Virus record (IMG/VR): IMGVR_UViG_2778261060_000013
Direction: 5' to 3' (one strand)
Origin: an uncultured virus (IMG/VR IMGVR_UViG_2778261060_000013)
Taxonomy: Duplodnaviria > Heunggongvirae > Uroviricota > Caudoviricetes
DNA length: 64,000 nt
Part shown: positions 8,556 to 18,041 of the stretch, piece after piece
Layout: the number at the start of each line of letters is the position of its first letter
Numbering within the stretch: position 1 is the stretch's first letter
Notes under the pieces: generated by a model
Told to the model about the DNA's origin: nothing
What the model saw: only the letters and a program-made list of their open reading frames with translations
Databases searched by the model: none
Position numbers and translations under genes: made by a program

Positions 8556-9314
8556 ATGGCAAAAGTTAAACGTGCAGGAGACTTTGAATCTCTTGAAGTA
8601 ACGGACGGTAAGGTCAAAATTCACCAAAGAGAACCTATTAAGCCAAAAGATAATTTTTATATAGATGAACTTCCTTGGACAGAAAAACAAAAACGATTTA
8701 TAGAGTTATCTCTTAGTAAAAACACAAGACTAATACTATGTAAAGGCCCAGCCGGAAGCTCTAAGACTTTAACCGCAGTTTATTCTGCGCTTCAGTTATT
8801 AAATAACTCTAAAGTATCAGATGTTATATATATGCGTTCTGCTGTAGAAAGCTCGGATTCCCGTTTAGGTTTTCTTCCCGGAGATGCAGATGAAAAACTT
8901 CATTATTACAACTTACCTTTCATGGACAAGCTAGATGAGCTTTTAAGTGAAGAAACTGTAAAAAAGCTACAGAAAGAAAAAAGAGTATCTATTCATCCTG
9001 TAAACTTCGCTAGAGGTATGAGTTGGAACAGCAAGGCTATACTTCTTGACGAAGCTCAAAACAGTTCCTTTCGAGAGATAGTCACAGTTCTTACGAGAAT
9101 AGGGAAATACTCGCGTTGTTTTATTATGGCAGACCCAATGCAGACTGATTTAAAAAACGGTAACAGAGGGGGTTTTGAGAGACTTTACGATGCTTTTGAT
9201 GACGATGAGAGTAGGTCTATGGGTATTCATACTTTCGAATTCGACGAAAGTGATATTGTCAGGTCCGAACTTACAAAGTTTATAGTGACAAAAGTTAATC
9301 AGATCCCTCTTTAG
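8556..9314 (+). CDS. phoH: PhoH-family ATPase
   Basis: GPAGSSKT, LGFLPGD, ARG, LLDEAQN, LTRIG, DPMQTD, DIVRS. Confidence 0.92.
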   Translation: MAKVKRAGDFESLEVTDGKVKIHQREPIKPKDNFYIDELPWTEKQKRFIELSLSKNTRLILCKGPAGSSKTLTAVYSALQLLNNSKVSDVIYMRSAVESSDSRLGFLPGDADEKLHYYNLPFMDKLDELLSEETVKKLQKEKRVSIHPVNFARGMSWNSKAILLDEAQNSSFREIVTVLTRIGKYSRCFIMADPMQTDLKNGNRGGFERLYDAFDDDESRSMGIHTFEFDESDIVRSELTKFIVTKVNQIPL

Positions 9315-9582
9315 CCCAACCTGCTTTTTTAATAATCTTAGCTAATCTAGGAGCAAACTTCCTTACGTCTTTTTCTGGAATGTCCCAAAAGAAGGCGTGA
9401 GTAACTTCTTCTATTAAAACACTAAGAGTCCTGTTTTCCCTAAGAGTTGGGTCTATAAGTATCTTTGGGTCTTTTACTTGTGGATTACAGCAGAGGCCAT
9501 CAGCGTTATAGCTACGATGGGGTTTTCTCCACTTGATTTCATATTCCACACCTTCGCAGTTGGAAAACTTTATATTTTCCAT
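9295..9582 (-). CDS. Small zincin-like phage protein (degenerate HExxH)
   Basis: DGLC...ILIDP...LIEEVTHA; the first His is replaced by Glu. Confidence 0.5.
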   Translation of the reverse strand: MENIKFSNCEGVEYEIKWRKPHRSYNADGLCCNPQVKDPKILIDPTLRENRTLSVLIEEVTHAFFWDIPEKDVRKFAPRLAKIIKKAGWAKEGSD

Positions 9583-9649
9583 ACTAAAACTTACACTTTT
9601 TTTTGTATATTTTTAAAAAAGTTATAAAATATATAGTGTAAATAACTTT

Positions 9650-10009
9650 ATGAAGATTTATTGTAGTAGTTGTGGCGCCGGTACTTCCTATTCTATGCAG
9701 AAACCCAAGTTCTGCAGTAGTTGCGGGAAATCTTACATGGCTTCTACTGCGAAGACTAAACCCGTTAGAAAAGTAATCGAACAAACAATAGAAGAAGATT
9801 ACGATGACGAGGATAATTTTCAAGTAGGTATAGACTCGTTAGAGTTTGACTTTAAATCTTTTAACTCAAACGTACACAGATTGGGAGATATTGTGGGTAG
9901 TGCGACAGAGGGAGACGCAGGAGAATCTAGAGAAAGAGATGGAAGTTATACAAAAACAAATATTGAGAAGGACTTTCTGAATGATGCTGGGAGCATAAAG
10001 AAGTTCTAG
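9650..10009 (+). CDS. Zinc-ribbon protein with acidic C-terminal part
   Basis: YCSSCG...PKFCSSCG, then EEDYDDED. Confidence 0.7.
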   Translation: MKIYCSSCGAGTSYSMQKPKFCSSCGKSYMASTAKTKPVRKVIEQTIEEDYDDEDNFQVGIDSLEFDFKSFNSNVHRLGDIVGSATEGDAGESRERDGSYTKTNIEKDFLNDAGSIKKF

Positions 10010-10010
10010 C

Positions 10011-10691
10011 ATGCCAAGAAAAAAGAAGCTAAAGTTCGAAGACTGTATAGAAAAAATAGACCTCGAAATAAACAAGAGGAGAAGTCGTTGGAACTTAACG
10101 GCTTTATCTTGGATGGATTTTGATGATGTTTCTCAAATTATCAGAATACATATTTTTAAAAAATGGCACCTATATGATCAATCCAAATCTCTTGCGCCTT
10201 GGATAAATACTCTGATTTCAAATCAGATTAAAAACTTAATAAGAAACAATTATGGAAATTATTGCAGGCCATGCTTAAAGTGCGCGGCAGCAGAGTCAGA
10301 TTCTTTGTGTTATATCTACGGCACTCAATGTTCTTCATGTCCTTTATTTGCGCAATGGGAAAAAACTAAAAAAGCAGCTTATCTGACTAAATTACCAACG
10401 CCCCTAGAATCAGTTCAGCAAGAAACAGAGAAACTTGAGCTTCAAGAGTTTGACTTTAACACTGTACTAAAAAGGCTAAACCTTAAACTTAAAAAAGTCT
10501 TAAAATCAAATGAGTGGACAGTTTATGAAAACTTATATTTAAAAAACAAGACTGAGCAGGAGGTAGCTAAAATTTTAGGATATAAAACCTCAGAGAAAAA
10601 TCGCAGCCCGGGCTATAAGCAAATAAAAAACATTAAAAAATCTATTATCGAAAAAGCTAAAGAAATTATTTCCGAGGATGTAAACATATGA
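10011..10691 (+). CDS. Phage ECF-like sigma factor with a Cys-rich insertion
   Basis: Region 2-like DFDDVSQ...WHLYDQSKSLAPWINTLISNQIKNLIR; region 4-like LKSNEWTVYENLYLKNKTEQEVAKILG; CRPCLKC...C...CSSC between them. Confidence 0.75.
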   Translation: MPRKKKLKFEDCIEKIDLEINKRRSRWNLTALSWMDFDDVSQIIRIHIFKKWHLYDQSKSLAPWINTLISNQIKNLIRNNYGNYCRPCLKCAAAESDSLCYIYGTQCSSCPLFAQWEKTKKAAYLTKLPTPLESVQQETEKLELQEFDFNTVLKRLNLKLKKVLKSNEWTVYENLYLKNKTEQEVAKILGYKTSEKNRSPGYKQIKNIKKSIIEKAKEIISEDVNI

Positions 10692-11782
10692 AAAAGAAAG
10701 ACGAAATCATTTTAACCAAAGAGCAGCAAACTCAGATAGACGACTTGTATGATAACGGAGGCGTTACTGCTATTAAAGAGTTAGTTGCTTTAGTCTTTCC
10801 TAATATAGATGAAAAATATAGAGACGGAAGAAGTGTTTATGGAAAGGCTATAAAAACCTACCTAGCTTCTAGAGGTAAAAAAACTGTCGCCACCTCAGAT
10901 AAAAAAGAAGCTTACGAGCTATCTCAAGAAGAAAGAGACTTCTTGTATAATAACTGTACTACGATGAAAGTTTCTGACATGTGCGAAACTTTGTATGGAG
11001 AGAAAATAAACCCTTCTGAAATGAGATTTAGGGCATGTAGCGCATTTGTAAAAACTATTGATGATAAAGTAGTCCTGTCGGAAGTAGTAAGAGAAGTATC
11101 TCCTAGCGACTATTTGCCACCCAAAAACGAAACCAAAGCTATCGCCAGAATTAATAAGTACGTGCACGAAGGGATAGATAAAAACAATTTAAAAGCTTCT
11201 GATAAAAAAAATATTTCTAGACTTATTGCTTACATGCATACTTACAGATTTTTACATCAAATATCAAACTATGCATCTCAAGATAATAGAGAACTTTTCG
11301 AAAGTAGTTTTGTAAGATATACTCATGATAAGCCAGACTTGACACAAGAAGAAGTAGACCAGTATATTGTTCTGTCCGCAGAGGTGGTGATAGCTTCAAA
11401 TATTCAAGTTAGAGTAGAAAGACTTCAAGAGCTTCTAGATCAAGCTGCCGAAGAAACTGAAGGTAAAAGAATGGCCATGAGTTTAGTTGAGTCTATCAAC
11501 ACAGCGCAAACAGAATATAATCAGTGTGTCAACAGACAAACAAAGCTTCTGAATGAGCTGAAAGAAAAAAGAAGCCAAAGACTTAGTAAGCAGATTAAAG
11601 AAAACGCATCCATACTCAACTTAGTAGAAATGTGGAAGGACGAAGAATCTCGCCATAAGATGATTAAACTGGCCGAAATCAGAAAGAAAGCTTTAGAGGA
11701 AGAAGTCGAAAGACTTTCTACCATGGACGAAATTAAATGTAGGATTATGGGCCTAACAGAAGAGGAGGTCTTGAATGGTTAA
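10688..11782 (+). CDS. Conserved phage protein, C-terminal coiled coil (possible small terminase or packaging accessory)
   Basis: 364 aa in the operon upstream of TerL; function inferred from position only. Confidence 0.4.
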   Translation: MKKKDEIILTKEQQTQIDDLYDNGGVTAIKELVALVFPNIDEKYRDGRSVYGKAIKTYLASRGKKTVATSDKKEAYELSQEERDFLYNNCTTMKVSDMCETLYGEKINPSEMRFRACSAFVKTIDDKVVLSEVVREVSPSDYLPPKNETKAIARINKYVHEGIDKNNLKASDKKNISRLIAYMHTYRFLHQISNYASQDNRELFESSFVRYTHDKPDLTQEEVDQYIVLSAEVVIASNIQVRVERLQELLDQAAEETEGKRMAMSLVESINTAQTEYNQCVNRQTKLLNELKEKRSQRLSKQIKENASILNLVEMWKDEESRHKMIKLAEIRKKALEEEVERLSTMDEIKCRIMGLTEEEVLNG

Positions 11783-12713
11783 GTGCGAGGAATGCGGCAA
11801 AGAATTTCCATCTGAGAGAAGTCTTCACGCTCATTTAAAAAGCCATAAGCTAAAAATAAAAGATTATTACTATAAGTATTTTCCGCGTAGAGACAAGTAT
11901 AATAACGAGCTAATAAAGTTTGTTAATAAAGAGAGTTATTTTGCTACTGATTTTAATAATAAAAATAATTTAAAAAAATGGATGTCTCACGTAGAACCTC
12001 CTGTAGCAAAAGAATATTTTAAGAATTTTCTCATAGGTAGAAAAGAGAAAAAAGATTTAGAGTTTGCGCCTTGTCAAGTAGAGCTTAGGTCTTTAATGAG
12101 TCCATCTGTAGCTTACTATCAAAAAGTTTTTGGTGACTACAATAAAATTTGCGAAGAAGTAGGGCTTTCTACGAAATACAAAACAATATCAGAACCTTTA
12201 GGTTACTATCCAGAAAAATATAAAAATGAAAAAATTTATATAGATACAAGAGAGCAGCAGCCTTTAGATATCATAGGGGTCAATACAGAAGTGAAAGGTT
12301 TAAAGTATGGAGACTATGCCCTAAGCAATAAAGAATTAGCTTGTAATTGTTACATAGAAAGAAAGTCCATACAAGATTTAATAGGTACTCTAAGTGGAGG
12401 ATACGAAAGGTTTTGTAATGAAATAGAAAGGGCCGAATCAGAAAATGCTAATCTTATAGTTTTAATCGAGAACGATTATAATTCAAGCTTAATGTTTCAC
12501 AAGATGAAGAGGACTTACAAGAAAAATGTAAGGACTAATCCCCAGCACATATTTCATAATATCAGAACTTTGATACAAGAATATCCAAACATTCAATTTT
12601 TATTTGTTAAAGATAGAATAGAATCAGAAAGAGTTATGAAAAGAATATTTTTTAGCAACTGCGAGTACAAAGATGTAGACCTGCAGTATGCTTACGATTT
12701 GAAATTGTTATGA
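11775..12713 (+). CDS. C2H2 zinc finger + ERCC4/XPF-family nuclease
   Basis: CEECGKEF...LHAHLKSH; IDTREQ, GDY, IERKS, RFCNEIER. Confidence 0.85.
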   Translation: MVKCEECGKEFPSERSLHAHLKSHKLKIKDYYYKYFPRRDKYNNELIKFVNKESYFATDFNNKNNLKKWMSHVEPPVAKEYFKNFLIGRKEKKDLEFAPCQVELRSLMSPSVAYYQKVFGDYNKICEEVGLSTKYKTISEPLGYYPEKYKNEKIYIDTREQQPLDIIGVNTEVKGLKYGDYALSNKELACNCYIERKSIQDLIGTLSGGYERFCNEIERAESENANLIVLIENDYNSSLMFHKMKRTYKKNVRTNPQHIFHNIRTLIQEYPNIQFLFVKDRIESERVMKRIFFSNCEYKDVDLQYAYDLKLL

Positions 12714-12790
12714 GAGGTAAAATTGAGCTAACTTATGAGCAAGCTTTGATTCTTTTATTCTTAATTATTCTTATAGCTTATTTAGACTAA
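12710..12790 (+). CDS. 26-aa single-TM microprotein (absent from the ORF track)
   Basis: MRGKIELTYEQALILLFLIILIAYLD fills the gap between the nuclease and TerL with an ATGA overlap. Confidence 0.5.
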   Translation: MRGKIELTYEQALILLFLIILIAYLD

Positions 12791-12791
12791 G

Positions 12792-14615
12792 ATGTGGTAC
12801 GTGCATGAAAAATATAAAAGAGAAGTAACGGACACAAATCTGGAGCTTTTGGATTTAAAAGGCGAGCTAGATTCTAAACAAGCTAAGATATCTCTTGCTA
12901 AGTTTTTAAGAGCAAACTTGGGTTTTACTGTAGAGTTAATCTCAGGAATAAAACTTGCGCCGTTTCAAGAAGTTACTCTCAAAGGTTTCTTTAATAGGAA
13001 CTTTAATATGTGTGTCTGGGGGCGCGGATGCGGTAAGACTTTTATCGCATCCGTGTACTGTTTTTTACAATGCATCTTCGAGCCGAATACAAAAATCCTT
13101 ATAGCTGGCCCGACATTTCGTACTGCTAGATTTATATTTCAAAACCTTGAAAAGATAGTAGAGACTAAGGGCGCAGAGCTGCTAGCTCAAGCTTTCGGGG
13201 CTAAATCTAAACGTAACGATCAGTTCGAATGGAGGATAAACGGCGGAAGCATCACAGCGATTCCTTTGAGCGGCGAAAAGATTCGTGGTTTCCGTGCGAA
13301 CATTCTTGTACTTGACGAGTACCTGCTATTACCAGAAGAGACTATTAAAACAGTTCTTATGCCGTTCTTGGTTGCACCGCAAGACATGGCAGAAAGAATT
13401 AGAGTTAGAGAAATAGAAGACTCTTTAATCAAGAACGGTAAGATGGAAGAAAAAGATAGGATGGTGTTTGAAAACAAATCAAAAATGATAGCGCTATCTT
13501 CTGCAAGCTACAGTTTCGAGAATCTTTATAAAACATACAAAGAGTGGATGGGTAATATCTACTCCGATGATATGCTTGATTCTAAATATTTTATATCTCA
13601 AATGGGGTTTGACTCTGTTCCAGAAGATATGATTGATAAAACTGTTATTGAAGAAGCTCAATCAGGAGGTAGTTCTAACTCTTCTTTCCAAAGAGAATAT
13701 AGAGCGCAATTTACAGACGGAAGTGATAGTTATTTTAGCGCAAAAAAGATGCACGAGTGCACTGTGCCGGACGGAGAAGCCCCGCACACTTTAATTGCTG
13801 GCAATCCAGAAAAAGAGTACATACTTGGTATAGACCCTAGTTTTAGTAATAGCCCTAGCTCTGATTATTTTGCGATGTCGCTTATTGAGTTAGATGAAGA
13901 CTCTTATACTTTAGTTCATTCATACGCTGTCGCAGGAGGCGATCTAAAAAATCATATCAAATATCTTTTTTACTTATATAAAAATTTTAATATCAAGATG
14001 ATAATTATTGATAATGCTGGATATCAATTTATCGATAGTGCTAATGAGTCTGAAATATTTAGAGAAGCTGGGTTAGAGATTAAGTTTTTTGACTTTAATA
14101 CAGAAAAACAAGGCGTGGCTTACGATCAAGAACTTAAAAAAGTTAAAAGAACTTACAGCCCCAAAGACAACGTAGTTTGTTTTAAGCAAGTGTTTAGTTC
14201 TGATTTTTTAAGAAACGCTAATGAATACTTACAATCTTGCATAGATCATAAGAAAATATTTTTTGCTTCTAGAACTGCTGCATCGGGAAGCTTCTTCTCA
14301 AGGTTGTCATCCACTAAGATACCGCTAAAGCTAACTCACTTTAACGATATAGGAGAAATGATAGAAACTCAGGATGACTTGATCTATCAAACTAAGAAAC
14401 AATGCGCGCTAATTGAAGTTAAGTCTACCGCAAAAGGTACGCAAAGTTTTGACCTGCCACAACATCTTCGTAGGAGCAACTCTGCCAATCGCGCAAGAAA
14501 AGATAATTACACAACATTAATGTTAGGCAATTGGGCAGTGAAAGCATATAATGATATGAGGAATGTAAAAGTTGAAGAAGTTAACGCGACTTTTGTTCCA
14601 AGAATGATTGATTAA
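12792..14615 (+). CDS. terL: Terminase large subunit
   Basis: Walker A GRGCGKT, IRGFRA, Walker B LVLDE, coupling motif ALSS, RNase H-like nuclease GIDPS / IIIDN / KDNYT. Confidence 0.92.
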   Translation: MWYVHEKYKREVTDTNLELLDLKGELDSKQAKISLAKFLRANLGFTVELISGIKLAPFQEVTLKGFFNRNFNMCVWGRGCGKTFIASVYCFLQCIFEPNTKILIAGPTFRTARFIFQNLEKIVETKGAELLAQAFGAKSKRNDQFEWRINGGSITAIPLSGEKIRGFRANILVLDEYLLLPEETIKTVLMPFLVAPQDMAERIRVREIEDSLIKNGKMEEKDRMVFENKSKMIALSSASYSFENLYKTYKEWMGNIYSDDMLDSKYFISQMGFDSVPEDMIDKTVIEEAQSGGSSNSSFQREYRAQFTDGSDSYFSAKKMHECTVPDGEAPHTLIAGNPEKEYILGIDPSFSNSPSSDYFAMSLIELDEDSYTLVHSYAVAGGDLKNHIKYLFYLYKNFNIKMIIIDNAGYQFIDSANESEIFREAGLEIKFFDFNTEKQGVAYDQELKKVKRTYSPKDNVVCFKQVFSSDFLRNANEYLQSCIDHKKIFFASRTAASGSFFSRLSSTKIPLKLTHFNDIGEMIETQDDLIYQTKKQCALIEVKSTAKGTQSFDLPQHLRRSNSANRARKDNYTTLMLGNWAVKAYNDMRNVKVEEVNATFVPRMID

Positions 14616-14633
14616 GTGTAATTTAAAGTTAAA

Positions 14634-16562
14634 ATGGCAGTTAAGAGAAAAGCTAAGAACGAAAACACCGCTAACGAACCACTAATGGCTGGCGGAGATT
14701 TGATTGAGACTGTCGCTTCTACTAGATCGCGGCGCAACAAGGCTGGATCTATTGAACGGACCGATAGATATAGAAACATTGATGATGGCATAATCCCGTT
14801 CAGGTACTCCCAAGGAGTAACAAATAATTCTAGCCTAGATATTAGAGACACTATAGTTTTGTGTCAGAAAGCTTACTATAATTTTTCTGTTTTTAGAAAT
14901 ACTATCGATCTAATGACAGAGTTCTCTATGAGCGACATCTATTTTACTGGAGGGAGTAAAAAAGCAAAAGATTTTTTTGATGCTCTTTTAAAAAAAATAA
15001 ATATTAATAATTTACAAAGTAAGTTCTTTAGAGAGTATTACAGATCTGGTAATGTTTTCATCCATAGATTTGATGCAAATGTTACTCAGTCGGACGTAAC
15101 TAGAATGACTCAAACTTTTGGGCTCACTTCGAACGCATCTTTTACAATACCTGCTAGATACATAATTTTAAACCCTGCTGATATACAGATTTCAGGTAAT
15201 ATAACTTTTGCAACCGGAGAGTTCAGAAAGATACTTTCGGACTATGAATTAGAAAGACTTCGCAACCCAAAAACAGAAGAAGATAGACAAGTATTAGAAA
15301 GTCTAGACCCAGAAGCCATAAAACAGATTAAAGGCCAAGGGGGCAGAAAGCCCGGATATAATGCGGTATCTATTCGCCTACCTATGGACAAAATGACCGC
15401 TGTTTTTTACAAGAAGCAAGACTATGAACCTTTCGCGGTACCGATGGGCTATCCTGTTTTAGAGGACATTAACTGGAAACAGGAAATGAAGAAGATGGAT
15501 ATGGCTCTAACTAGAACCACGAATCAATCTATTCTTCTCGTTACTATGGGGACAGAGCCTGAAAAAGGCGGAGTGAATCAAAAGAATCTTCTGGCTATGC
15601 AGAAGCTATTTGAAAATGAGTCTGTAGGACGTGTTCTTATTTCTGATTATACAACTCAAGCAAAATTTGTTATTCCTGATATCGCTGGTATTCTTGATCC
15701 TAAAAAATATGAAGTATGTAATCATGACATACAAATGGGGTTAAACAACATTCTGTTAAGTGATGAGAAGTTTGCTAACTCTAGCATCAAAGTGCAGGTG
15801 TTTATGGAAAGACTTAACGAAGGTAGAAAAGTTTTTATCCATGACTTCCTAATGCCGGAGATAAAAAGAATCTCTAAGGAGATGGGCTTCAAAAACTATC
15901 CTACTCCTAACTTCGAAGACTTAGATCTAAGAGATAATTCTGTTTACGCAAGAGTTTATAGCAGGTTAATTGAACTAGGAGTACTAACACCAGAAGAAGG
16001 TATACAAGCCATCGAATCTGGACGTATGCCAACTATGGAAGAATCTGTGGAATCTCAGCAAAAATTCAGAGTGTTAAAAGACGACGGATTGTACGAGCCA
16101 GTCTTAGGTAATAAACCTCCAAAAGAATTACCAAAAGATAAAGCTAAACCAGTGCCTCAACCCAAAGGCAGACCTGAAGGCACTGGCAGGCCAAAAGAAA
16201 CAGACACTAAAAACCCTATTGGGTTAACTGCAAACAAACAAACTAGATTTAGTTTAAGTAAGGTAAGAGATAATTTAAATTTAGCGGACAAACTTAATTT
16301 AGAAGTTGAAGCTTCACTTAGACAGCTACATAATCGCAAAAGATTAAATAAAGGTCAAAAAGAAATAGCTCAACAAATTTCTAACATTGTTATACATAAT
16401 GAGGACCCAGAAAACTGGTTAGCTAAAGCTGGTAGATACGCTGCTGAACCGATAGATAGAAATGAGGAAAGAGTAAAAGAAATACAGTCTATTGCTTACG
16501 AGCATCAAGTAGATGATTTTCTAGCTGGTATACTTTATTGCAGTAAGTATGATGGAGACTAA
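14634..16562 (+). CDS. Portal protein
   Basis: 642 aa directly after TerL; FRNTIDLMTEF, FFREYYRSGNVF, LNP motifs. Confidence 0.8.
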   Translation: MAVKRKAKNENTANEPLMAGGDLIETVASTRSRRNKAGSIERTDRYRNIDDGIIPFRYSQGVTNNSSLDIRDTIVLCQKAYYNFSVFRNTIDLMTEFSMSDIYFTGGSKKAKDFFDALLKKININNLQSKFFREYYRSGNVFIHRFDANVTQSDVTRMTQTFGLTSNASFTIPARYIILNPADIQISGNITFATGEFRKILSDYELERLRNPKTEEDRQVLESLDPEAIKQIKGQGGRKPGYNAVSIRLPMDKMTAVFYKKQDYEPFAVPMGYPVLEDINWKQEMKKMDMALTRTTNQSILLVTMGTEPEKGGVNQKNLLAMQKLFENESVGRVLISDYTTQAKFVIPDIAGILDPKKYEVCNHDIQMGLNNILLSDEKFANSSIKVQVFMERLNEGRKVFIHDFLMPEIKRISKEMGFKNYPTPNFEDLDLRDNSVYARVYSRLIELGVLTPEEGIQAIESGRMPTMEESVESQQKFRVLKDDGLYEPVLGNKPPKELPKDKAKPVPQPKGRPEGTGRPKETDTKNPIGLTANKQTRFSLSKVRDNLNLADKLNLEVEASLRQLHNRKRLNKGQKEIAQQISNIVIHNEDPENWLAKAGRYAAEPIDRNEERVKEIQSIAYEHQVDDFLAGILYCSKYDGD

Positions 16563-18013
16563 TGTCAAGGATAATTTACAACGCGGAAGGTCTTTTTGTA
16601 GGACCATCGGGTTCTAACTTCCTAGATTATGTAGGAGGAGAACCTCACGACAGTTACGCTAATCCTTTAACCACTCACAACTTAATAAAACAGATAGACA
16701 GAGTGCAAGCTTTGTCGTATGACATATCTGTTCCTCATACTCAAGTTACGCAATTTAATACTAGGTCTGTTGTAAGTAGGCCTATAATAAATGCGCCTGA
16801 AGTAAGTTTTTCTTTTTCGTATCTTGTTTCAGATGTATCTAACGAAGCTAAGATGGGGCTATATGTAAACTACGCACAGTTTGAAGAGCCCTACTCAGGC
16901 TCACCTTTCTTTTCTAACAATACTGGGCAAAGTCTGATATCAGGGTTTGCGGCAGAAGACGAAACTAATAAACAACATTATCAAGAGGGGACCTCTGACC
17001 CTTATTTTCCAAATCAATCTTTTAGAGACAAAAAAAATTACTACCTTGCAGTCAGGTCAGATAAAGAAGATTTATATACTGGAACTAATTTAGAGGACTT
17101 GACGAAAAGAGATAATCAAGACTTTGTAGACACTGATGCGCCAAATCATAATTTAATATCTTTTGGTCGCTGCTATATGAACTCATATTCCACAGAAGCT
17201 TCTGTGGGAGATTTTCCACTAGCGAATGTTTCTTTTGTAGCTGAGAATGTTATGTTTGAAACTAGCGGTAGCGGTTTTTTAAGCCCTATGATAGAACCTA
17301 AAAGTGGCAATCAATTTAACAATTTAAATTCTGTCTTGCCCAAAAGGCAAAGCAGAAACCCTATATCTGTTGTCCGACCGGGAGATATAAATTTTACTAC
17401 TGATTCTTTTTCTGGGCTGGGCGTTGATTTTGCTAATCTACATTTAGAATCTTATGTTATATCATTCGATATACCTAGGGGGGCAGAAGCTAATTTAGGG
17501 CACAAGTTTCCTATTAGCAGAAAAGTAAATTTTCCCGTGCCTGTTCAACTAAGCATCAATGGAATCGTTGAGAACATGAGTTCGGGATCTTTAATAGATT
17601 TAGTTAATCTAAACCAAGATTATGATTTCTCTATAACTTTAAGTATGCCTAGAAATTGTGACACTCCATCTACTGGAGAGCCGATACAGGCAGGTAGCAC
17701 TACATTTGAAAACAGAGATGACCCTTTAATCAAATATTCTTTTAATAAGGCCAAGCTAGACGCTTTTAATTACGACACGGCTATTGGTGATAATAAAAAT
17801 TTCTCAGCTTCTTTTAGCACAGAGCTAGACCCAGATGATTTAACCAGAGGGTTTTTTATTAGCGGGCTTTTAGGGGACAGAAAACTAGAAGACTTTCACC
17901 TACTAGAGACAACTGATGCCATGGACGGCGGCACAGGAGACTTTGAAAGGTTCCATTTAGAACTAGAAGAATCTAATGGATTGTTGGTAGACAACTACAT
18001 ACCATTGTACTAA
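16562..18013 (+). CDS. Tail-tube-like protein, paralogue of 55480..56721
   Basis: RIIYNAEGLFVG...IKQIDRVQ aligns with RVIYQSEALFVG...IKQLHRVQ; shared RPGDI, R.V.FPV.V.LS, IGDNK. Confidence 0.7.
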   Translation: MSRIIYNAEGLFVGPSGSNFLDYVGGEPHDSYANPLTTHNLIKQIDRVQALSYDISVPHTQVTQFNTRSVVSRPIINAPEVSFSFSYLVSDVSNEAKMGLYVNYAQFEEPYSGSPFFSNNTGQSLISGFAAEDETNKQHYQEGTSDPYFPNQSFRDKKNYYLAVRSDKEDLYTGTNLEDLTKRDNQDFVDTDAPNHNLISFGRCYMNSYSTEASVGDFPLANVSFVAENVMFETSGSGFLSPMIEPKSGNQFNNLNSVLPKRQSRNPISVVRPGDINFTTDSFSGLGVDFANLHLESYVISFDIPRGAEANLGHKFPISRKVNFPVPVQLSINGIVENMSSGSLIDLVNLNQDYDFSITLSMPRNCDTPSTGEPIQAGSTTFENRDDPLIKYSFNKAKLDAFNYDTAIGDNKNFSASFSTELDPDDLTRGFFISGLLGDRKLEDFHLLETTDAMDGGTGDFERFHLELEESNGLLVDNYIPLY

Positions 18014-18041
18014 AAAGTGTATAATAATATAGGAATAAGGA

